NCBI GenBank assembly: GCA_033762295.1
Contig: JANRLW010000068.1
Coordinates: 1 to 27,078 of the forward strand
DNA: 27,078 bases
From: Capsulimonadales bacterium
GTDB lineage: Bacteria; Armatimonadota; Armatimonadia; Armatimonadales; Armatimonadaceae
Direction: 5' to 3'
The translations under genes and the position numbers were made by a program. Shown here piece by piece: positions 18,789 through 27,078 of the stretch (position 1 is its first letter; the number at the start of each line of letters is the position of its first letter). A model generated the notes under the pieces. That model saw only the letters and a list, made by a program, of their open reading frames with translations, did not search any database and was not told the DNA's origin.

Positions 18789-19628
18789 CTAGGTGAATCG
18801 GGCGTGTGCCAGGCAGTTCCGGGCGGGACTTTCGGAGGTGTCCGGTAAGGTTTCGATCATCCCGAAAATCAGGCGGCGCAGACGGTCCAGGTTGGCGCGA
18901 AACATATCGACGACCTCCTGATTGGTCACCGGCGCGACTCCCTCGGCGTCGGCAACCAGACCGACATCGTAGTCCGTAATCAGCGAAATATTGACATAAC
19001 TGATCTCCTGTTCCCGCGCAAGAATACATTCGGGATACTGGGTCATATTGATGACATGCCAGCCCTGATCGGTGAACCAGCGAGATTCCGCCCGGGTGGA
19101 GAAACGCGGCCCCTGAACGACAACGACCGTGCCGCCGTCATGGACCGGCAGATCGAGTTTCCGGCAGGTGGTTACGGCATGCTGCCGGAGAATCGGGCAG
19201 TACGGGTCCGCCGAGGAGATATGGGTGACCGTTGGCCCGTCGTAGAACGTATCCGCCCGCCCGCGGGTACGGTCGACAAACTGGTCGCAGATGACGAAAT
19301 CACCGGGTTTGATCCCGTGTTGTAGGGAACCGCAGGCGTTCGGCGCGAGGATATCGGTGACGCCCAGCGATTTCATTGCGAAGACATTCGCCCGGTAGTT
19401 GATACGATGGGGCGGCAGGGTGTGCTGTTTTCCGTGCCGGGGTAGAAACGCGACCCGTTTCCCGGCGATTTCGCCGATCGTCACCTGGTCCGACGGCGGG
19501 CCGTAGGGAGTTTCGATCCGAAATTGCCGAACATCCCCGGTCAGGAGCGAGTAAAAGCCGGTGCCGCCGAAAATACCAATATCCGCGCGCGGGAGTTCCA
19601 GATCGGCGATTGTTGAGGACTGGTCCAT
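18789..19628 (-). CDS. mtnP: S-methyl-5'-thioadenosine phosphorylase
   Basis: IGIFGGTG, TPYG, FLPRHG, GPRFSTRAES, NMT..PE, TDYD (MTAP-type DYD). Confidence 0.92.
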   Translation of the reverse strand: MDQSSTIADLELPRADIGIFGGTGFYSLLTGDVRQFRIETPYGPPSDQVTIGEIAGKRVAFLPRHGKQHTLPPHRINYRANVFAMKSLGVTDILAPNACGSLQHGIKPGDFVICDQFVDRTRGRADTFYDGPTVTHISSADPYCPILRQHAVTTCRKLDLPVHDGGTVVVVQGPRFSTRAESRWFTDQGWHVINMTQYPECILAREQEISYVNISLITDYDVGLVADAEGVAPVTNQEVVDMFRANLDRLRRLIFGMIETLPDTSESPARNCLAHARFT

Positions 19629-19645
19629 AGAAGACTTACCATTTT

Positions 19646-19675
19646 AGTGTAGCAGAGCGAAGCGGATTTTGGCAA
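19646..19675 (-). promoter_or_regulatory. Sigma70-type promoter for mtnP
   Basis: Minus strand TTGCCA-18 nt-TACACT with a TG extension, ending 17 nt before the ATG. Confidence 0.6.
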
Positions 19676-19706
19676 CCGGACAAGCGGAAGCCGGTGAAAT
19701 CGAGGC

Positions 19707-19748
19707 AAAAAAGAACCGCGGTCAGTACGGTGAAAGACCGACCGCGGT
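19707..19748 (-). terminator. Intrinsic terminator of an unannotated minus-strand transcript
   Basis: Minus strand ACCGCGGTC-16 nt-GACCGCGGT followed by TCTTTTTT. Confidence 0.65.
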
Positions 19749-19827
19749 ACCGGTTGGACGACCTCCGACCGCCGACGAACTAAGACACGCTCAGAACGCC
19801 GCTCTGCATGACAGGCGGAGCGCCAAC

Positions 19828-19859
19828 GGCTTCTTGTTGCCTTGGCTTCCTGTTGCCTT
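19828..19859. repeat. Tandem 16-bp direct repeat, one mismatch
   Basis: GGCTTCTTGTTGCCTT followed by GGCTTCCTGTTGCCTT. Confidence 0.85.
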
Positions 19860-20244
19860 CTCGAAGGACGGGTGGATAAACGGCGATCGATGAATGCGTT
19901 GTTAACGAAACGTTCCGGTGGGCGAGACCGTGCGCACCCGACGATGGCGTCTTTACCATGCCGATCCACCATATTTCGTGCGATGATGGCAATTAAACCA
20001 TTTAGGCGGATTAAACGAAGACCACCGACGAAATAGCTTTAGAAGTTGGCTCTTTTTACAACATCGAAATAAAAAAGTCAATAGTAGCCAGACCGAATTT
20101 ACGCCGAAATCAATTTTTCCGGCGAAAATTTCGGTCGGGCGTTTCACCGTCGCATTCCGATGAATACGGAGGAAAGGCGGCCCTTCCGGCGACGCTATTT
20201 CGGGACGTCAGCCGAAAAGAGGGACTTTCTTCCGTCCATCGAAA

Positions 20245-21210
20245 TCAGGAAGGGAGAAGGGTGGTGTCCCGCGCATGGACGACCTGGTTTCGACCCCGGT
20301 ATTTGGCAAAGTAAAGGGCGCGGTCGGCCTCGTTGACGAACTGGGACGGGATTTCGAACGACGGGTCGGAAGTCGCCACGCCGATACTGACGGTGATCGG
20401 TCGTTCCGGCCAGGAGGTGGCAAGAAACGCCGCGCGAATACGTTCCGCGGCCACCAGCGCCGCTCCGGAGGAGGTGTGCGGCAACAAAACCGCGAACTCC
20501 TCACCCCCGTACCGCGCCGGGAAGTCGTTTCGACGGCAGGCCCGTCGGAGAATTTCGGCGGTCATTTTCAGCGCGAGATCGCCGGCAAGGTGACCGAAGG
20601 AATCATTATATTTTTTGAAATGGTCGACATCGACCAGAAGCAGCGAAAGCGGGGAACCGTACCGACGGGAACGTTCCCATTCCTCCTGCAGCTTTCCTTC
20701 GAAGGCTCGCCGGTTTTTCAGTTCCGTCAGACCGTCCACCTCGGCGAGACGCGATAGCCGGCGATTGGCGATCCGTAACCGTCGTTCCTGGCGAAGTCGA
20801 TCGGCCCGGTCACCGACAAAGTAGAGAAAGCAGAGAAGGAGCAGTCCGAGGGTCAGGATACTCTGAACGTAGAAGGAGGTCTGAATCACACGGGAGTCCT
20901 GCTCCATTCGTCGTTCGAGGGTCAGAATGCCCTCCATCGGGCGAACGGAGGGACGGGAGCGCATCCATTCCTGGTTTTGCCGGTGCAGTTGTTCCTGGAG
21001 GTCGAACTGATGGTTGGTGACCAGCATCGAGGTAAAGGTCGCTATGGCCAGCAGCACCAGTGCGGCGAAGATCGCGTTACGCATGACCGTGACCGTCCCG
21101 ACTCCGCGGAGGCGATAGAGCCAGTGTGCGGTACGCCGCGACTGTCGAAGCCGGTGGGATTTTTTCCAGCGAGGAACGGACAGCTTTTTCCCCTGCGACG
21201 GATTATTCAT
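20245..21210 (-). CDS. Membrane-anchored diguanylate cyclase (GGDEF)
   Basis: Two TM helices, coiled linker, DGLTELKNRR, DVDHFKKYNDSFGHLAGD, RRND I-site followed by ARYGGEEF; start uncertain. Confidence 0.9.
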   Translation of the reverse strand: MNNPSQGKKLSVPRWKKSHRLRQSRRTAHWLYRLRGVGTVTVMRNAIFAALVLLAIATFTSMLVTNHQFDLQEQLHRQNQEWMRSRPSVRPMEGILTLERRMEQDSRVIQTSFYVQSILTLGLLLLCFLYFVGDRADRLRQERRLRIANRRLSRLAEVDGLTELKNRRAFEGKLQEEWERSRRYGSPLSLLLVDVDHFKKYNDSFGHLAGDLALKMTAEILRRACRRNDFPARYGGEEFAVLLPHTSSGAALVAAERIRAAFLATSWPERPITVSIGVATSDPSFEIPSQFVNEADRALYFAKYRGRNQVVHARDTTLLPS

Positions 21211-21389
21211 TGGGTTACGGGTGAGCCTGTTTGGGATGGCGCCGGTCGATCTTCGCCCGTCCTTCGCCAGCCGATCACCGGACGGCCGTGCGGCACGAGT
21301 AGGGTAGTTGGTTGAATACATCCTTTACCTTATTCCCGATCGCATGGCAAAAACGAAATACGATTTCCGCGCCGAGCGTCCCCGTCCGG

Positions 21390-21395
21390 TATAAT
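21390..21395 (+). promoter_or_regulatory. -10 box giving a probably leaderless AKR mRNA
   Basis: TATAAT followed by 6 nt then ATG 21402; no SD. Confidence 0.6.
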
Positions 21396-21401
21396 GGGTC
21401 C

Positions 21402-22424
21402 ATGCAGTACCGAACCTTTCCGCGGACCGATGTGCGGGTGAGCACCATCGGATTTGGCGTATGGACCGTTGCGACAACCTGGTGGGGAATCACGGATCGC
21501 CGGATCGGAATTGACTTGTTGCGGCAGGCTTTGGATCTAGGCGTCACTTTCTATGATACCGCAGATACCTATGATGACGGCGGAGCGGAGACGATTCTTT
21601 CCGAAGCGTTTCCGGGTCGACGCGATGAGATCGTCATCGCCACCAAGTTCGGCTATGATATTTATCATTCCCGCCCGGACCCGTCCCAGAGGGAACGGCC
21701 CCACAACTGGGACCCGTCCTATCTCCGGTTCGCCGTCGAGAAGAGCCTGGAACGGTTGAAGACCGACCGGATCGATTTTTACCAGATGCATAATCCGCGG
21801 GTCGACGCCCTGCGCCGGGACGACCTTCTGGCGGAACTGGAAGCGCTGAAGCAGGAAGGCAAGATTCTGGCCTACGGCGCCGCGCTCGGACCGGCCATCA
21901 ACGAACGGCAGGTCGACGAGACCCGCGTGATCCTCGAGGAGACCCGGATGGACGGGGTACAGATCATCTATAATCTCCTCGAACAACAGATCGGCGCACC
22001 GATTTTCGAGGAGGCGCGAGCGAAGGGAACGGCGATCCTGACACGGGTTCCCCACGCCTCCGGACTCCTCGAAGGTAATCTGAACACGGACACGACCTTC
22101 GCCCCCGGCGATCACCGCAACTGGCGAATGACGAACGACGCCCAGAAGCGCGAATGGCTGGATAAGGGTCTCCTGAAAATCGAGAAACTCGACTTCCTGA
22201 CGCGCGAAACCGGACGAACGATCGGTCAGGCGGCGATTCAGTTCATCCTAGCGGAACCAAGTGTCGTGTCGGTGCTTCCCAACATCTACGACGCCCCGCA
22301 ACTGGCGGAACTTGCCGCCGCTTCCGACACACCCCCCCTGACAGCCGACGAACTGGCGCAGGTAGCGGACCTGTACGCTAACGATTTCTACCTGACCGGG
22401 ACGCAGGAATCCCCGACGGCCTGA
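21402..22424 (+). CDS. Aldo/keto reductase
   Basis: MQYRTF..VSTIGFG.W, FYDTADTY, IATKFG, SLERLKTDRIDFYQMHN, IYNLLEQ, RVPHASGLL. Confidence 0.93.
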   Translation: MQYRTFPRTDVRVSTIGFGVWTVATTWWGITDRRIGIDLLRQALDLGVTFYDTADTYDDGGAETILSEAFPGRRDEIVIATKFGYDIYHSRPDPSQRERPHNWDPSYLRFAVEKSLERLKTDRIDFYQMHNPRVDALRRDDLLAELEALKQEGKILAYGAALGPAINERQVDETRVILEETRMDGVQIIYNLLEQQIGAPIFEEARAKGTAILTRVPHASGLLEGNLNTDTTFAPGDHRNWRMTNDAQKREWLDKGLLKIEKLDFLTRETGRTIGQAAIQFILAEPSVVSVLPNIYDAPQLAELAAASDTPPLTADELAQVADLYANDFYLTGTQESPTA

Positions 22425-22466
22425 GCGAACCCAAACGAACTGACGCAGGAACGGAGCCACGAAACG

Positions 22467-23312
22467 GTGCTGCTGGACTTGACGGACGCGGAACGGACCG
22501 CGGAAAAATTGAGTGACGAAACCCTGGCAAAGGCGGTCCGCCTTTTCCGGGATACCGGGATCGTTCTCGTGCCGGGCATCTACGAACCGACATTTCTCGA
22601 GTCGGTGCGCGCTGCCTACGAGATCGAACTGGATCGGTACCTGGAGGGCAAGGGGGGCTTGGAGGCGCTGGAAGGAAAGACGTTCGGAAAGAACCATATC
22701 GGCTTTTTTCCGCCGCTATTTCCGCCGGTGGCGGACAACCGTATAATTGCCCATCCTGTGGTCGTCCAACTGCTGAAAGCTCTGCTCGGAGACGATCTGC
22801 AGTGTTCCTTCTTCCATACGAATACGGCCATGCCCGACTCCGGCATCCAACCGATCCATCGGGATCAGCAGCCGCTGTTTCGCACGGAGATGTCGGCAGC
22901 GCACCCGGTGTCGCATATCGTTCTCAACATTCCGCTGTGTGAGTTCTCCGTCGCCAACGGTAGCACGGAGTACTGGCCCGGAACGCATCTGATCGTCGAC
23001 CGTCGAGCGGAGGACGCCGGGCGACTGGAGGAGCGGGCCGCCCACCTGCCGTCGGTCCGTCTGAATATGCCGCTGGGCAGTTTCGCCCTCCGGGACCTTC
23101 GGGCGTGGCATCGCGGAATGCCGAACCTGGCCGACTACCCGCGTACCATGTTTGCCATCGTCTACCAGCGGGAGTTTGTGACCTATGTGCCGACCACCGT
23201 TCCGCGGTCCACCTGGGAATCGTGGTCGGAGGACGCCCGGCGTATTTTTCGGCGGAACCGGGTGGTGGAGGATGCGGACCATCGATCCCTGACCTGGGAA
23301 GAGATGCGCTGA
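22467..23312 (+). CDS. PhyH-family Fe(II)/2OG dioxygenase (KanJ-like motifs)
   Basis: QPIHRD, LNIPL, NGSTEYWPGTH, RDLRAWHRGMPN..PR; GTG start after GGAG. Confidence 0.87.
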   Translation: MLLDLTDAERTAEKLSDETLAKAVRLFRDTGIVLVPGIYEPTFLESVRAAYEIELDRYLEGKGGLEALEGKTFGKNHIGFFPPLFPPVADNRIIAHPVVVQLLKALLGDDLQCSFFHTNTAMPDSGIQPIHRDQQPLFRTEMSAAHPVSHIVLNIPLCEFSVANGSTEYWPGTHLIVDRRAEDAGRLEERAAHLPSVRLNMPLGSFALRDLRAWHRGMPNLADYPRTMFAIVYQREFVTYVPTTVPRSTWESWSEDARRIFRRNRVVEDADHRSLTWEEMR

Positions 23313-23316
23313 CGTC

Positions 23317-24486
23317 ATGCCGTACGAGGCTGCACTGGGCGCGAAGCCTGAGGCGATTTTGCGCCCGACGTCCCTGGAACAACTGTCCGGCATGGTGACG
23401 ACGGCGGCGGCGAACGGCCAGTCCGTCATTCCGTGGGGCGGGGGAACGGGGCAGACCTACGGGTATCTGCCCCGGCGGGTCGATACCGTCCTCGAGATGA
23501 CCGGCCTGAACCGGGTCCTCGCCCATGAGTTCGCCGACCTGACCGTGACGGTGGAAGCGGGGATCACTCTGGCGGAGGTGCAGGAGGCGCTGGCTCAGCA
23601 TAATCAGTACCTGCCGCTTGATCCGCCGAATCCGGAGCGTGCGACGATCGGCGGAATTCTTGCCTGTAACGCGTTCGGTTCCGGTGTGGTCGGGGTCGGT
23701 TCGGTTCGCGACTGGCTGATCGGAATCACCGTCGTCGATGCCGCCGGGCGAATCGTTCGGGGCGGTGGCAAGGTGGTCAAGAACGTTACTGGGTACGATC
23801 TGCCGAAGATCCATGTCGGGGCTCTCGGGACGCTCGGCATCATCGCCGAAGCGACGTTCAAGGTCGCTCCCCGTCCGGAGGCGACCCGGGTCGGGGTCTT
23901 TACCTGTGTCAATCCGGACTTCTCCACCCGTCTCCACGATGAGACCGCTCCGGCGATGAGCCTGCTCCGGTCGACCCCGCTCGGCGCGGTCCTCGCGGTT
24001 CTGTACAGCGGCATGGCGAAGGTCGTAGACAGCGAACTGACGCGCGCGGCCAATATCGCGGCGGAGTGCCGGGAGGTCGGGCTGTCGGCGCTGCCGACCG
24101 GAATGCTTCCGCCGTTCGGCGAAACGCTGCCGGAATCGTCGCTGATTCTCCGGTTTTCGGGGCCGAGGTCGTCGTCAACCCGGCGGCATAACGGAATCGC
24201 CGATATCGGGAACTGGGAGATGATGGACACGTATCCCGGGACGGGCCAGACCGACGTCTACCTTAAACCGCGCAGCGACCCGCGAAAGGCGCTCAACGAC
24301 AGCATTGTCTGGGCTACCGGCAACCAGGCATCGCTGTCGGTGCTGCATGCGTCCCCGGAGATCCGCCGCAGCGGTCTGCCGCTCTGGCATCCGGAACCGC
24401 CGGCAATGCCGTGGATGCGTCGTCTGAAAGCGACCCTTGATCCGAAACAGATTCTGAACCCCGGACGATTCGTCGGCGAAATATGA
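23317..24486 (+). CDS. glcE: FAD-binding oxidoreductase, glycolate oxidase GlcE-like
   Basis: PWGGGT, DLTVTVEAG, ATIGG, GGKVVKNVTGYDL, GTLGII, DPKQILNPGRF; ATGA overlap with glcF. Confidence 0.8.
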   Translation: MPYEAALGAKPEAILRPTSLEQLSGMVTTAAANGQSVIPWGGGTGQTYGYLPRRVDTVLEMTGLNRVLAHEFADLTVTVEAGITLAEVQEALAQHNQYLPLDPPNPERATIGGILACNAFGSGVVGVGSVRDWLIGITVVDAAGRIVRGGGKVVKNVTGYDLPKIHVGALGTLGIIAEATFKVAPRPEATRVGVFTCVNPDFSTRLHDETAPAMSLLRSTPLGAVLAVLYSGMAKVVDSELTRAANIAAECREVGLSALPTGMLPPFGETLPESSLILRFSGPRSSSTRRHNGIADIGNWEMMDTYPGTGQTDVYLKPRSDPRKALNDSIVWATGNQASLSVLHASPEIRRSGLPLWHPEPPAMPWMRRLKATLDPKQILNPGRFVGEI

Positions 24487-25775
24487 ACGAGCAAGACCTG
24501 GAAAAGGGCCTGATGGCCTGTGTACACTGCGGTTTCTGTCTGGACGCCTGTCCGACCTACCGGGAGACCGGAGACGAAGCGGACAGTCCGCGCGGGCGGA
24601 TCGTTTTGATGCGTGGCGTGTTCGAGGGCAAGATCCCGTTGCTTTCGGAGGATGCGACCGCTCCCGGAACCGCGACCTACCATCTGGACCGCTGTCTGGG
24701 CTGTCGTGGCTGTGAAACCGCCTGTCCGTCCGGAGTGCCTTACGGAAATCTCCTCGAACACTTCCGGAACGAACAGGAGAAGGTGCTGAAACGGCCCCCC
24801 GGTGAACGCGTCCTGCGCGAGGGACTGCTGACACTCTTGACCGATCCGGCGAAAATGTCGCTGGCATTGAAGGCCGGGAAGCTGATTGGCGGGCGTATCC
24901 CCGCCCCGGTCGCCAGGTTTGTCGGGCTGCCGACCGATACGGCGATGCCTATTCCGAAGAATCTGAGCGAAGCCGCCCGCCCCGTTCCGGAGAGAACTCC
25001 GGCGATCGGTCTGCAGCGGGGGCGCGTCGCCCTGCTCTCCGGCTGTGTCATGCGGGTTCTCTATTCGCCCGTTCACCACGCGACCGTGCGCGTCCTGGCG
25101 GCCAACGGCATTGAAGTGATCTGTCCGGAGAAACAGGGTTGTTGCGGCGCGCTGCATGGCCATCAGGGGAAACTCGACGAGGCGCGCGAACTGGCAAGGA
25201 ACATGATCGCCTTCTTTGAGACCGGTGACTTCGACGCCATCCTGCTGAACTCGGCGGGGTGCGGCTCCTTCCTGAAGGATTACCGCCATCTTTTGAAGGA
25301 CGATCCGGAGTGGGCCGAGCGGGCCACGGCGTTTGCCAACCGCATCCGGGACATCACCGAGTACCTGGTGGAAATCGGCCCGAGACCGATGCGCAGTGTC
25401 CTGCCGGTGCGAATCACCTACCATGATGCCTGCCACCTGGCGCACGGACAGAGGATTACGAAACCGCCACGCGCGTTGCTTCGATCCATACCGGGCGTAA
25501 CCTATACCGAGGCCGTGGATGCGGACCAGTGCTGCGGTTCAGCCGGCGTCTATAACTATTTGCAGCCATCGATGGCGCGAGCCCTGTTGCACAAAAAGCT
25601 GGAGAACCTGCTGGCCGCCGAACCGGACTATATCGCTACCGGCAATCCCGGTTGTCTCGCCTGGATCGAGCAGGGCATCAAGGCAGGTCTGGGACCGCGC
25701 GGCGCAAAGATGCCGAAGGTCGTCCATCCGGTCGAACTGCTTGACATGGGTTATACGCCGCCGGGTGGCAAGTGA
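24483..25775 (+). CDS. glcF: Glycolate oxidase iron-sulfur subunit GlcF-like
   Basis: Two CxxCxxCxxxCP 4Fe-4S motifs (CVHCGFCLDACPTY; CLGCRGCETACPSG), CCG domains, YHDACHLAHGQ, CCGSAG.YN. Confidence 0.9.
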   Translation: MNEQDLEKGLMACVHCGFCLDACPTYRETGDEADSPRGRIVLMRGVFEGKIPLLSEDATAPGTATYHLDRCLGCRGCETACPSGVPYGNLLEHFRNEQEKVLKRPPGERVLREGLLTLLTDPAKMSLALKAGKLIGGRIPAPVARFVGLPTDTAMPIPKNLSEAARPVPERTPAIGLQRGRVALLSGCVMRVLYSPVHHATVRVLAANGIEVICPEKQGCCGALHGHQGKLDEARELARNMIAFFETGDFDAILLNSAGCGSFLKDYRHLLKDDPEWAERATAFANRIRDITEYLVEIGPRPMRSVLPVRITYHDACHLAHGQRITKPPRALLRSIPGVTYTEAVDADQCCGSAGVYNYLQPSMARALLHKKLENLLAAEPDYIATGNPGCLAWIEQGIKAGLGPRGAKMPKVVHPVELLDMGYTPPGGK

Positions 25776-25787
25776 CGCGTCCGACGT

Positions 25788-26585
25788 TCAGAACCGTTTG
25801 AGCAACAGGGAAAGACTGAGCGCGATCCCGATCAGAATCACGAGTCGCCGAACGTTTTTCTGTCCGATCCGGCGTGCGATTCCTGCCCCGGCGTACCCTC
25901 CGACGAGCGAACCGACGACCATCAGGCCGGCGGTGTCCCAGCGAACCAACCCCTGGGTAATGAAGAGAACGATGGCGATCCCGTTGATACCCAGGGTGAA
26001 GATATTCTTGATACCGTTCATCTGGTGGATATGGGTAAGCCCGCACAGTCCGAGCGCCGCCAGAGTCAGGATCCCGATGCCCGCTCCGAAATAGCCGCCG
26101 TACACCGAAATCCCCAGGAGAAAGAGAACGATGCCGGGCGTCAGGTGAAGTTTCTCCGGTGTTTCGGGCGAGACGGGTTTTCCGTCCGTTTCGGGCGGAC
26201 GGCGCGACTTCTGCCACCGGGAGATCGGCTCCTGAGCCATGAAAAGCGCGGTCGCGCCCAGGATCAGGAAGGGAACGATCCGGTCGAACAGGGCGGGCGA
26301 GGTGACGGTGAGCAGGTACGCACCGACCGCGCCACCTGCCAGACCGATGACCAGCAGGGGAACGATCGCCCGGACATTATGGCGGATCTCCTTGCGATAG
26401 CCGAACAGACTGGACACCTGACCCGGCCAGAGAGCGGTCGTGCTGGTGGCGTTGGCGATCGTGGACGCGTGGCCCGCCGCCAGCAGGGCGGGAAAAGTGA
26501 GCAGCGTTCCGCCGCCCGCCACGGAGTTGATCGCTCCGGCGACGGCGGACGCGCTGACCAGCAACAGGATTTCAGGGACGGTCAT
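25788..26585 (-). CDS. TauE/SafE (TSUP) family membrane transporter
   Basis: AGAINSVAGGGTLLTFPAL, ANATST, YGGYFGAG.G; multiple TM segments. Confidence 0.9.
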   Translation of the reverse strand: MTVPEILLLVSASAVAGAINSVAGGGTLLTFPALLAAGHASTIANATSTTALWPGQVSSLFGYRKEIRHNVRAIVPLLVIGLAGGAVGAYLLTVTSPALFDRIVPFLILGATALFMAQEPISRWQKSRRPPETDGKPVSPETPEKLHLTPGIVLFLLGISVYGGYFGAGIGILTLAALGLCGLTHIHQMNGIKNIFTLGINGIAIVLFITQGLVRWDTAGLMVVGSLVGGYAGAGIARRIGQKNVRRLVILIGIALSLSLLLKRF

Positions 26586-26631
26586 TACGAAGGGTATTGT
26601 ACCTTACCCCCGCGAGGCCGACCCGGTAAGG

Positions 26632-27078
26632 TCATTCCGGCGCGGCGAGGTGCCGCTCGACAAACTGGAAAACGTCGGCGATATGTTCGCTCCAGTAAGG
26701 CCAGTCGTGTCGTCCGGTAAACTCGGCGAATTCGTAGGGGATACGCCGGGTCATCAGGTGCTGTTCCATCATCCGATTGGTGGAGAGCAGGAAGTCGTCC
26801 GCGCCGCAATCGAAATAGAGGGCCGGTCCACGCCAGGACGTTCCGCTCCCCAGTTTGTCGATACGCGGTCGCAGACCCTCCCTCCGGTACTCCTCGGCGG
26901 TCGGGACCTTTCCGTACACTTCCTGAAAGATACCGTTCAGTCCGATATTATCGGTCGGGCCTTCTCCCCAGAACAACGCACCCGAGAGAGCCGCCGCCGC
27001 GCAGAAGGTGTCGGGCAGGTCGAGAGCGATACGCCATGCGCCGTACCCGCCCATGGACAGACCGGCGATGGCGCGTCC
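26632..27078 (-). CDS. Putative esterase (alpha/beta hydrolase, S-formylglutathione hydrolase/tributyrin esterase type), 5' part outside the window
   Basis: RAIAGLSMGGYGA nucleophile elbow read at the window edge, FDCGADDFL, GRHDWPYW. Confidence 0.88.
   Translation of the reverse strand, partial: GRAIAGLSMGGYGAWRIALDLPDTFCAAAALSGALFWGEGPTDNIGLNGIFQEVYGKVPTAEEYRREGLRPRIDKLGSGTSWRGPALYFDCGADDFLLSTNRMMEQHLMTRRIPYEFAEFTGRHDWPYWSEHIADVFQFVERHLAAPE

Larger units (their letters stand above)
19707..20046 (-). ncRNA. Candidate ~340-nt structured ncRNA (or sORF transcript), family not recognised
   Basis: Promoter-like TTGACT-17-TAAAAA at 20081-20053, several hairpins, a tandem 16-mer and a terminator; no convincing protein ORF. 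Confidence 0.35.

Noticed and set aside
19650..19760. Possible SAM riboswitch upstream of mtnP (GGCAACC...GGTG)
   Set aside because: The motif is on the wrong strand, other SAM-I elements are absent, and it overlaps the mtnP -35 box
22422..22466. AKR stop TGA is in frame with the PhyH gene across 14 sense codons (possible readthrough or Sec fusion); the spacer partly repeats the AKR tail (ACGAACTG.CGCAGG)
   Set aside because: Same frame with no stop over 14 codons is likely by chance in GC-rich DNA; no SECIS-like hairpin seen; GTG 22467 has its own GGAG
1..27078. Frequent CGATCG hexamer (roughly 30 by eye; HIP1-like?)
   Set aside because: Probably explained by ATC codon preference and CG-rich context; needs a Markov-corrected genome-wide count
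1..27078. CRISPR array, IS/transposase, integrase, prophage or defence system
   Set aside because: No regularly spaced repeats, terminal inverted repeats or matching proteins seen

Overview
GC-rich bacterial chromosomal segment with no phage, integrase, IS or CRISPR signal. Gene content (amidase-gerMN-murI-rph-rdgB, a SigR/RsrA-type ECF pair, many PhyH/AKR/Gfo enzymes) suggests a Terrabacteria-type organism, possibly Armatimonadota (inference only). Left to right: a minus-strand sugar-catabolic cluster (Gfo/Idh/MocA, aldo/keto reductase, GH2 beta-mannosidase-like, truncated at the edge); a 521-aa lipoprotein with four ~105-aa beta-rich repeats; PhyH dioxygenase; acyltransferase-3; hemolysin III; D-2-hydroxyacid dehydrogenase; tmRNA (ssrA, tag ANNNFATARNNSFALAA); the amidase-GerMN-murI-rph-rdgB operon; a minus-strand run mtnP, ECF sigma, ZAS anti-sigma, Zn-ribbon ABC transporter, 90-aa acidic protein, DUF1854; a ~600-nt structured intergenic region with its own promoter and terminator (candidate ncRNA); a membrane diguanylate cyclase; AKR, PhyH, glcE, glcF; a TauE/SafE exporter; and a partial esterase. 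The best leads are the candidate ~340-nt ncRNA, the ABC/DUF1854 module with an apparently inserted acidic gene, and the repeat lipoprotein.
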